A program made the translations under genes and the position numbers. A DNA stretch of 64,000 bases from Octopus vulgaris (Eukaryota). The notes beneath the pieces are model-generated. The model had not been told where the DNA came from. It made no database searches and worked only from the letters and a program-made list of their open reading frames with translations. Positions 1 to 11,600 of the stretch are shown here, in pieces. Positions within the stretch are counted from its first letter, which is position 1; every line of letters starts with the position of its first letter. The stretch spans positions 45,632,001 through 45,696,000 of the forward strand of contig OX597825.1 in the NCBI GenBank assembly GCA_951406725.2, written 5' to 3'.

Positions 1-320
1 GTCAAGTTAAAGGAAACTATGCATTCTCCCCTTAGTTTTTTTAATTTTTTTATACTCCATGTAAAATTAAATAGATTTGTCAAAATATATATAAATATCT
101 ATATGCTTGTAAATCCAATCAGTAATGATCGTTTCATTAGGAGTATATAGAATATTAAGAAAGAGAGGAGCTATAAGATGAATATATTTATTTCACTTGT
201 TGACATCCATATAATGATGATCATTTCATAGCCTTTATTACAGAGAAACAATTTATTTTAGTATATAATAAATAATAAATTATTTTACATGCTTGTATTA
301 ATGTATATGATATAAATTGT

Positions 321-655
321 GAAGGCACATGGCTCAGTTGGTTGGAGTGTCGAGCTTACAATCATGAGGTTGTGAGCTCGAATCCCAGACCGGGCTGTGT
401 GTTGTGTTCTTGAGCAAGACACTTTATTTCACGTTGCTGCAATTCACTCAGCTGTAGAAATGAGTTGCGACATCACAGGTGCCAAGCTGCATCGGCCTTT
501 GCCTTTCCCTTGGATAACACTGGTGGCAAGGAGAAGGGAGGCCAGTATGCATGGGTGACTGCTCATCTTTCATAAACAAACTTGCTCGGACTTGTGTCTC
601 GGAGGGTAATTTTCTAGGTCCAATCCCATGGTCAGTCATGACCGAAGGGGGTCTC
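321..655 (+). mobile_element. tRNA-derived SINE, full length (V/CORE-like central domain)
   Basis: Head has A box-like tggctcagttgg and B box-like gagctcgaatccc. Core is gtgttcttgagcaagacactt. The same body recurs at 52446-52570 (+) and 58725-58975 (-). Confidence 0.85.
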
Positions 656-1048
656 TCATATAATATAAATTATATAGTACAGATGTATGATTTATAAAAA
701 TAACATAGTAAGCCAACTGGAAAGAAAGTCAAAAGGAGAGCAAGCTAAAACGAGTGCAAGCCAAAAGGAGAGCAGGCCAATTGTGGTAGTAGTGGCTAAT
801 TCAAATTTGTTTTTTAGTACTTATTTGCAATATTTTGACAGATTTTGTATCCTGAAAACTTTTGAGACTTTAATGATCTCTTGGATAAATATAATCTTAT
901 TATCAATCTGTTAACTTATATTTACCCAAGAGATCAATCAAGTCACAAAAGTTTTCAGAAAACAAAATGTCAAAATATTGCAAATAAGCATAAAAAAGTG
1001 AACACAATTACTAATTCAAATTTGTATTTTCGTACTTATTTGCAATAA

Positions 1049-3030
1049 GGAGAGCAAGCAAACTGGAGAGCAAGCCAAAAGGAGTGCAAGGCAAAAGGAG
1101 AGCAAGCCGAAATGAGAGCAAGCAGAAAGGAGAGTAAGCCAACTGGAGAGCAAGCCAAAAGGAGTGCAAAGCAAAAGGAGAGCAAGCAGAAAGGAGAGTA
1201 AGCCAACTGGAAAGAAAGTCAAAAGGAGAGCAAGCTAAAAGGAGTGCAAGCCAAAAGGAGAGCAGGCCAAAAGGAGAAGTCAAAAGTTTTCAGAAAACAA
1301 AATGTCTCAAAATATTGCAAATAAGCATAAAGAATAGAACACAATTGCTAATTCAAATTTGTTATTTTTTAGTACTTAATTGCTATATTTTGACACATTT
1401 TGAATCCTGAAAACATTTGAGACTTTAGTGATCGCTTGGATAAATATAATATTATCAAAGTTAACATCACTAACAAAATGTGTCAAAATATTGCAAATAA
1501 GCATAAAAAAGCGAACAAAATTGCTATGCAGTTTGTATCCTGAAAACTTTTGAGACTTTAGTGATCTCTTGGATAGATATAATCTTATCATAAAGTGAAC
1601 ACAATTGCTAATTCAAATTTGTTGTTTTTCGTACTTATTTACAATATGGAGAGCAAGCCAAAGGGAGTGCAAGGCAAAAGGAGAGCAAGCCAAAAGGATA
1701 GCAAGCAGAAAGGAGAGTAAGCTAACTGGGAAGAAAGCCAAAAGGAGCAAGCTAAATGGAGTGTAAGGCAAAAGGAGAGCAAGCCAACTGGAGAGCAAGC
1801 CAAAAGAAGTGCAAGGCAAAAGGAGAGCAAGCAGAAAGGAGAGCAAGCCAACTGGAGAGCAAGCGAAAAAGAAGAGCAAGCCAAAAGGAGAGCAAGCAGG
1901 AAGGAGAGTAAGCCAACTGGAAAGCAAGTCAAAAGGAGAGCAAGCTTTAGAAAGGAGTGCAAGCCAAAAGACAAAAGTTTTCAGAAATTTGTCAAAATAT
2001 TGCAAATTGCTAATTCAAATTTGTTATTTTTTAGTACTTAATTGCAATATTTTGACACATTTTGTATCCTGAAAACTTTTGAGACTTTAGTGATCGCTTG
2101 GATAAATATAGTATTAGCAAAGTTAGAGACTTTAGTGGGAAGAAGGCCAAAAGGAGAGCAAGCCAAAAGGAGAAGTCAAAAGTTTTCTTGGGTAAATATA
2201 AGTAAACTGATTGATAATAAGATTGTATCTATCCTCTTGGATAGATACAATCTTATTATCAATCAACCCGAAAGGAGAAGTCAAAAGTTTTCTTGGGTAA
2301 ATATAAGTAAACTGATTGATAATAAGATTGTATCTATCCAAGAGGATAGATACAATCTTATTATCAGTTTACTATATACTTACCCAAGAAAACTTTTGAC
2401 TTCTCCTTTCGGCTTGCTCTCCTTTTGGCCTTCTTCCCAGTTCTCCTTTTGGCTTGCTCTCTAGTTGGCTTGATCTCCTTTCTGCTTGCTCTCCTTTGGC
2501 TTGCTCTCCTTTTGGCCTTCTTCCTTTGGCTTACTCTCCTTCCCGCTTGCTCTCCTTTTGTCTTGCACTCCTTTTGGCTTGCTCTCCTTTTACCTTGCAC
2601 TCCTTTTGGCTTGCTCTCCTTTTACCTTACACTCCTTTTGGCTTGCTCTCCAGTTGGCCTGCTCTCATTTCTGCCTGCTCTCCTTTTAGCTTGCTCTACT
2701 TTTGCCTAGCACTCCTTTTGGCTTGCTCTCCTGTTGGCTTGCTCTCCTTTCTGCTTGCTCTCCTTTTGGCTTGCTCTCCTTTTGCCTAGCACTCCTTTTG
2801 GCTTGCTCTCCAGTTGGCTTGCTCTCCTTTTAGCTTGCTCTCCTTTAAGCTTGCTCTCCTTTTAGCTTGCTCTCCTTTTGGCTTGCTCTCCAGTTGGCTT
2901 GCTCTCCTTTCTGCTTGCTCTCCTTTTGGCTTGCACTCCTTTTGCCTAGCACTCCTTTTGGCTTGCTCTCCTTTCTGCTTGCTCTCCTTTTAGCTTGCCC
3001 TCCTTTTGCCTTGCACCCCTTTTGGCTTGC
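1049..3030. repeat. 16-bp minisatellite arrays (ggagagcaagccaaaa and variants)
   Basis: Arrays lie at ~1049-1275 (+), ~1648-1968 (+) and ~2400-3030 (inverted). Shorter arrays are at ~710-780, 8697-8876, 11058-11237, 13423-13602 and 14160-14339. Confidence 0.9.
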
Positions 3031-6000
3031 TTTCCATATTGTAAATAAGTACGAAAAGACAACAAATTTGAATTAGCAGCATAGCAAATTTGTTCACTTT
3101 TTTATGCATAAGCATTGCAATATTTTGACACATTTTGTTTTCTGCGATCACTGAAGTCTCAAAAGTTTGTGTCAAAATATTAAGTACTAAAAAACAACAA
3201 ATTCGAATTAGCAATTGTGTTCACTTTTTAGGATACAAAATGTGTAAAAATATTGAAATTGGGACAAAAAACAACAAATTTGAATTTGCAAAATTGTTCA
3301 CTTTTGATGCATTTGATTTTCATAAAACTTATGTGACTCGAGTGATGTCTTGGATAAATAGAAGTTAACTGATTGATAAAATTGTATTTATCCAAGAAAT
3401 CAATATAGTCTTAAAAGTCTTCAGGACAAGTGTCAAATAATTGCAAATAAATACCAACAAATTTGAATTTGCAATTTTATCCTTTTATGCTCATTCGCAA
3501 TATTTTGAAACATTTTGTTTTCTAAAAAGTTATATTTACCAAAGAGATCACTCAAGTCTTTGTGACTTAAGTGATCTTTTGGGTAAATATAAGTTGTCAG
3601 TAAAGCAAATGTGACATTTTTCTAAAAGTGTTCTTATGCTTATATATACTTTTTATGCTTATTTGCAATATTTTGACACGCTTTTTTTTCTGAAAAGTTT
3701 ATCAGTTAACTGATTAATAAGATTATATTTATATTGATCTCTTTGATCAAAAAAACGTGAAAAGTTTTCAGTATACAAAATGTGTCAAAATATTGCAAAT
3801 AAGTACAAAAAAAACACAACAAATTTGAATTTTTATGTTTATTTGCAATATTTTGACATTTTGTTCTCTAAAAAGTTTTGTGATTTGAGTGATCTTTTGG
3901 GTAACTGATTGATAATAAGATTATATGTATCAAAGAAATCACAAAGACATCAAAACTTTTCAGTATACAAAATGTGTCAAAAAAATGTAATTAGGACTAA
4001 AAAACAATCAAAGACATCACTACAAAATACTAAAAAACGACAAATTTCAATTTCCAATGTTCTTATGCTTGCTTATTTGCTTATTTTGACACGTTTTGTT
4101 TTCTGAAAAGTTTTGCGTATATATAAGTTAATTGATTGATAATAATATCATATATTCATCTAAAAAGTTTTCAATAAAGCAAATATTGCAAATAAGAACA
4201 AAAAAAATTTGAATTACCCATTTTGTACTTTTCAATATTTTAATACATTTTGTATATTTACCCAAGAGATCACTCACACCACAACTTTCTCGAAAACAGA
4301 ATGTCAAAATATTGCAAAGAAGTGAATTAATTGCAATATTTTGACACATTTTGTATACTGAAAAGTTTTGATGTTTTTGTAATCTCTTTCATAAATTAAT
4401 TATTTAAGTTAGTTAACTTATGTCAAAAGTGTTTTCAGAAAACATGTCAAAATATTGTCAACATAATATTGTCAAAATATTGTCACCTTAATAACTGTTT
4501 CAAAATATTGCGAATGAGCATAAAAGGATAAAATTGCAACGATAAATATCCAAGAAATCACTATAGTCTTAAAAGTCTTCAGGATACAAGTGTCAAATAA
4601 TTGCAAATAAATACTGAAACCAACAAATTTGAATTTGCAATTTTATCAATCTGTTAACTTCTATTTACCCAAGAGATCACTCGAGTCACATAAGTTTAAT
4701 AAAAATCAAATGCAATAAAAGTGACCAATTTTGCAAATTCAAATTTATTTTTTGTCCCAATTTTAATATTCTTACACATCTTGTATACTAACTTTTGCTG
4801 TTTTTGTGAACTTTTTGATCAATCAAATAACATATTTACCAAAGAGATCACTCAAATCACATAACTTTTCCGAAAACAGAATGTAAAAAATATTGCAAAG
4901 CAGAAGTGAACTAAATTGCAAATACTTATTTGCAATATTTTGACACATTTTGTATACTGAAAACCTTTCACGTTTTTGTGATCTCATTGATGATTATAAT
5001 TTTATTAATCAGTTAATCAGAAAAATGTCACATTTGCTTTACGGACAACTTTTTAGAGGTCACTCAAAATATTGTAAATAAGCATAAAAAGTGAATAAAA
5101 TTGCAAATTTAAATTTGTTGTTTTCTAGTATTTGCAATATTTTGACACATCTTGTATACTGAATAGTTTTCATGTTTTTGTGCTCTCTTTGATAAATATA
5201 ATCAGCTAACATATCAGGCAATTCACAAATGTCTTTTGAAAGCAAGATGTTTTAAAATATTACAAATAAGCATAAAGAAAAAGCAAAATTGCTTATTGAA
5301 TGTTGGTCCTTTTTCGCAATATTTTAAAACATTTGCATTACTGAAAACTATTTACATTTTAGTGATCTCTTGGATAATAATATAATAATATAATAATAAT
5401 AATAATAAGTTAACTTACTCAAGAGCTTACTCAAGTCACAAGTTTTCTGGAAGCAAAATGTGTTTAAATTTTGCATATAAGGAAACAAAAGAAAACAATA
5501 TTGATAATTCAAAATTAGTTTATGTGTGTATTTACACGTGCATTCTGAAGACTATCGTGATAACTTGGATATATTATATTTACCTAACAGATCAAGCAAG
5601 TCACAAGTTCTATGAAAATTAAATATGGGAAAATATTGCAAAAAAGCATAAAAAGCAAAATTGCAATTTCAAGTTTGTTGTTTTTTTATCGTATTTTTAA
5701 TATTTTCACACATTTCACATACTGAACTTTTGGATCAATGAAATAACTGATAGTTACCTAAGAAATCACAAAAAAAGTAACAAAATATTTTAGAAAACAA
5801 AATGTGTCAATATATTATAAATAAGTAAAGGAGTGAACAACATTGCAAATTCAAATTTGTGTTTTTGTACTTATTTGCAACATTTTGTATGCTGAAAACT
5901 TTTCACGTTTTTGTGATAAGTATAACCTCATTAATCATTTAACATATTAACAAAGAGATCACTCAAGTAGCAAAACTTTTCAGAAGACACAAAATTTTGT

Positions 6001-8621
6001 AAAGAAGCATAAAAAGTGAACAAAATTGCAAATTTAAATTTATCTTGTTCTTATTTGCAATATTTTGACACATCATGTCTCATTTACTCCATATTTGCAC
6101 TTTATTTTCCAAAGTGGATCTGGTACATGCCGTAACCACTGCCGTAACCACTATGTTTGGTTTATTCGAATTCCTGTCCATTCCTGAGAAATACTGCCAG
6201 TACATTCCAGCGTTATGATTTGAGTGATCTCTTGGGTAAATATGTTAACTGATCATAAAGACTTCGAAACTCAAAGTATTGCAAAGTACTAAAAAACTTT
6301 TCAGAAAACAAAACGTTTCAAAATATTGTAAATAAGCATAAAAAGTAAACTAAATTGCAAAATTAAATTTGTTTTCTAGTACTTATTTGCAATATTTTGG
6401 CACATCTTGTATATTGAATAGTTTTGTGATCTCTTTGATAAATATAATCGTATCAGCAGTCAGTTGACATATATGTCTTTTAAATGTCTTTTAAAAGCAA
6501 AATGTTTTAAAATATTGCAAATAAGCATAAAGAAGGAAACAAAATTGCTTATTGAATGTTGTTATTTAATAATTATTTGCAATATTTTGAAACATTTACT
6601 TTACTGAAAACTGCTTAGATTTTAGTGATTTCTTGGATATTAAACTTACATTTACTCCAGTCACAAGATTTCTGGAAACAAACTGTTTAAATTTATTGTT
6701 TTCAGTATTTTTTGCAATATTATAAAATATTGCGAATGAACATAAAAGGAGAAAATTGCAAATTCAAATTTGTTGGATTCAGTATTTAATTGCAATTACT
6801 TGATACTTGTCCTCAAGACTTTTAAGACTATAGTGATTTCTTGGATATTATTTGACACTTTTAAGACTATAGTGATTTCTTGGATAAATATCCAAGAAAT
6901 CACTATAATCTGAAAAGTCTTCAGCATACAACAATTGTCAAATAATTGCATATAAATACTGAAACAAACAAATTTGAATTTGCAATTTTGTCAATCTGTT
7001 AACTTCTATTTACCCAAGAGATCACTCGAAATTTTTTATAAAAATCAAAAGCACCAAAAGTAAACAATTTAGCAACTTCAAATTTCTTGTTTTTTGTCCC
7101 AATTTTAATATTCTTACACATTTTGTATACTGATAACTTTTGCTGTTTTTGTGAACTTTTTGATCAATCAAAACATATTTCGCACGAATTTACTCAAGTC
7201 ACAAAACTTTTTAGAAAGCAAAATTAGTTAATATATTGCATACAAATATAAGAAGTGAACAACATTGCAATTTCAAATTTGTCGTTTTTTAGTACTTTGC
7301 AATACTTTGAGTTTTGGTATGTTTATGATCTTTAGTTAGCTTATATTTTCCCAAGAGATCAATCAAATCACAAACTTTTCAAAAACAATGTCAAAACATT
7401 GCAAAGAAGCATAAGAAGTGAACTAAATTGCAAATTGAAACAACTGAGATAGATGTTGAAGATGAGTATGTTCAATTTTATTGCTGGAAGTCATCTACAT
7501 ACGTTGATGGAAGGTATATGGTGATACGCATGTACCAGATCCACTTCGGCAAATATAGTGCAAACGTGGAGTAAATGAGAGGTCCTTTAAGTTAGGTAGG
7601 GGACAATGATTGGGCGTGGTGATAGCATTAAATCTCCTGTAATTACCAATGCATCTAAAATCTGCTTCACCCATCTGAGCTAAGTGTAGCGGAGGTGCCC
7701 AAGGGCTAGTATGACGTATAATACCGAATTCAGCCTGTTAGGTAAATATCAGTTATTTCATTGATGCAAAAGTTCACTATAAGTTTTCAGTATGTGAAAT
7801 GTGTGAAAATATTAAACATAGGACAAAAAACATCAAACTTGAAATTGGAATTTTGCTGTTTATGTTTTTTTGAAATATTTTCCTATACTTTAACAAAAAA
7901 AGAACAAAATTTTCTGCGATCACTGAAGTCTAAAAAGTTTTAGGATACAAAATGTGTCAAAATATTAAGTACTAAAAAACAACAAATTCTGTTAGGTAAA
8001 TATAATATATCCAAGTGATCACGATAGTCTTCAGAATGCACGTGTTAAAATATTGTAAATACACACAAAAACTAAATTTTAATTATCAATAATGTTTTAC
8101 TTTTTTCCTTATTTGCAAAATTTAATCACATTTTGCTTCCAGAAAACTTGTGACTTGAGTTAAACTCTCAAGTAAATGTAAGTTAGATCACTAAAATCTA
8201 AATAGTTTTCAGTAATGCAAATGTTTTAAAATATTGCGAAAAAGGCCCAACATTCAATAAGCAATTTTGTTTTTTCTTTATGCTTATTTGCAATATTTTA
8301 AAACATCTTGCTTTCAAAAGATATTTGTGACTTGCGTTAGCTGACCGTAAGGCAAATGTGACATTTTTTCTGATTATTAAATTATAATCATCAAAGAGAT
8401 CACAAAAACGTGAAAAGTTTTCAGTATACAAAATGTGTCAAAATATTGCAAATAAATATTTGCAATTTATTTCACTTCAGCTTCTTTGCAATATGTTGAC
8501 ATTCTGTTTTCGAAAAAGTTATGTGATTTGCGTGATCTCTTGGGTAAATATGTTATTTTATTGATCAAAAAGTTCACAAAAACAGCAAAAGTTAGTATAC
8601 AAAGTGTGTAAGAATATTGAA

Positions 8622-11600
8622 ATTGCAAATAAGCATAAAAAAGTGAACAAATTTGCTATGCTGCTAATTCAAATTTGTTGTCTTTTCGTACTTATGCCAA
8701 CTGGAGAGCAAGCCAAAAGGGGTGCAAGGCAAAAGGAGAGAAAGCCAAAAGGAGAGCAAGTAGAAAGGAGAGTAAGCCAACTGGGAAGAAGGCCAATAGG
8801 AGAGCAAGCTTAAAGGACTGAAAGGAAAAAGGAGAGCAAGCCAAAAGTAGAGCAAGCAGAAAGGAGAGCAAGCCAATAAGCAATTATGTTTTTTCTTTAT
8901 GCTTTTTGGCAATATTTTAAAACATCTTGCTTTCAAAAGATATTTGTGACTTGCGTTAGCTGATTATATTTATCAAAGAGAGCACAAATACTAGAAAACA
9001 ACAAATTTAGATTTGCAATTTTATTCACTTTTTATGCTTATTTACAATATTTTGTGTGATCTCTAAAAAGTTGACCGTAAAGCAAATGTGACATTTTTCT
9101 GATTAACTGATTATTAAATTATAATCATCAAAGAGATCACAAAAACGTGAAAAGTTTTCAGTAAACAAAATGTGTCAAAATATTGCAAATAAATATTTGC
9201 AATATGTTGATATTCTGTTTTCGAAAAAGTTATGTGATTTGCGTCATCTCTTGGGTAAATATGTTATTTGATTGATCAAAAAGTTCACAAAAACAGCAAA
9301 AGTTAGTATACAAAATGTGTAAGAATATTGAAATTGGGACAAATAACAACAAATTTGAATTTTCAAAATTGTTCACTTTTATTGCATTTGATTTTTATTA
9401 ATCTTGTGACTCGAGTTAATAGAAGTTAACAGATTGATAAAATTGCAAATTCAAATTTGTTGGTTTCAGTATTTATTTGCAATTATTTGACACTTGTTGT
9501 ATCCTGAAGACTTTTAAGACTATAGTGATTTCTTGGATATTTATCCTTGCAATTTTATCCTTTTATGCTCATTCGCAATATTTGGAAACAGTTATATTTA
9601 CAGTTATATTCTAAAAAGTTACAAAGACTTGAGCGATCTCTTTGGTAAATATAAATTTTTTGATTGATCAAGTTCACAAAAACATTTTGACGTTTTCTCA
9701 GTTAACTAAATCAGTTAACTTATATTTTCAGACAACAAAACGTATCAAAATATTGTAAATAAGCATAAAAAGTAAACAAAATTGCAAAATTAAATTTGTT
9801 TTACTGAAGTCGCAAAACTTTTCAGAAAACAAAGCGTGTCAAAATATTGCAAATAAGCATAAATAGTATATATAAGCATAAGAACACTTTCAGAAAAATG
9901 TTACATTTGCTTTACTGACAACTTTTTAGATAGGATAAATATATTATTATCAATCAATTAACTTATATATACCCATTCAGAAAACAAAATGTATCAAAAT
10001 ATTGTAAATAAGCATAAAAAAGTGAACAAAATTGCAAATTTAAATTCGTTTTCTAGTACTTATTTACAATATTTTGTCACATCTTGTATACTGAATAGTT
10101 TTGTGATAAATATAATCGTATTAGCAATTGTCTTTTGAAAGCAAAATGATTTAAAATATTGCAAATAAGCATAAAGAAGAAAACAAAATTGCTTATTGAA
10201 TGTTGTTACTTAATATTTTAAAACATTTGCTTTACTGAAAACTAGTCAGATTTAAGTGCAAGTCACGTTGTTTTTAGTATTTATTTGCAATATTTTGACA
10301 CTCGTTTCATCCTGAAGATCTCTTGGACTGTTGTTTTCTAGTCCTAATTACATTATTTTGACACATTTTGTATACTGAAAAGTTTTGATATGTTTCATAA
10401 ATATAATCTTATCAATTAAAGTTAGTTAACTTATATTTATTTAAGTCAAAAGTGTTTTGAGAAAAAATGTCAAAATATTTTCAACTTATAATGTTTTTGT
10501 GAAGTTTTTGATCAATCAAATAACTTATATTTACCCAAAAGATCACTTAAGTCACAAAGACTTTTAGAAAACAAAATGTTTCGAAATATTGCGAATGAGC
10601 ATGAAAGGATAAAATTGCAAATTTAAATTTGTTGGTATTTATTTGCAACTCTTTGACACTTGTCCTGAAGACTTTTAAGACTATATTGATTTCTTGGATA
10701 AATACAATTTTATCAATCAGTTAACTTTAAAGTATTATGAAAATCAAATGCATCAAAAGTGAACAATTTTGCAAATTCAAATTGTCCCAATTTCAATATT
10801 TTTACACATTTTCTATCCTAAAAAGTGAACACAATTGCTAATTCGAATTTGTTGACTTCTAGTACTTAATATTTTGATACATTTTGTATCCTGAAACTTT
10901 TGAGACTTCAGTGATCGCTTGGATAAATAGTCAATCAGTTAACTCAAGTCACAATAGGTTTTAGAAAACCAAATGTCAAAATATTGCAAATAAGCATAAA
11001 AAAGTGAACAAATTTGCTATGCTGCTAATTCAAATTTGTTGTCTTTTCGTACTTATGCCAACTGGAGAGCAAGCCAAAAGGGGTGCAAGGCAAAAGGAGA
11101 GAAAGCCAAAAGGAGAGCAAGTAGAAAGGAGAGTAAGCCAACTGGGAAGAAGGCCAATAGGAGAGCAAGCTTAAAGGACTGAAAGGAAAAAGGAGAGCAA
11201 GCCAAAAGTAGAGCAAGCAGAAAGGAGAGCAAGCCAATAAGCAATTATGTTTTTTCTTTATGCTTTTTGGCAATATTTTAAAACATCTTGCTTTCAAAAG
11301 ATATTTGTGACTTGCGTTAGCTGATTATATTTATCAAAGAGAGCACAAATACTAGAAAACAACAAATTTAGATTTGCAATTTTATTCACTTTTTATGCTT
11401 ATTTACAATATTTTGTGTGATCTCTAAAAAGTTGACCGTAAAGCAAATGTGACATTTTTCTGATTAACTGATTATTAAATTATAATCATCAAAGAGATCA
11501 CAAAAACGTGAAAAGTTTTCAGTAAACAAAATGTGTCAAAATATTGCAAATAAATATTTGCAATATGTTGATATTCTGTTTTCGAAAAAGTTATGTGATT

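Noticed and set aside
1011-3076. Leu/Ser/Phe-rich and Lys/Arg-rich ORFs
   Set aside because: They are products of the 16-bp repeat (period not a multiple of 3, same peptide in all frames). The same applies to the ORFs at 8664, 11025, 13378 and 14127.
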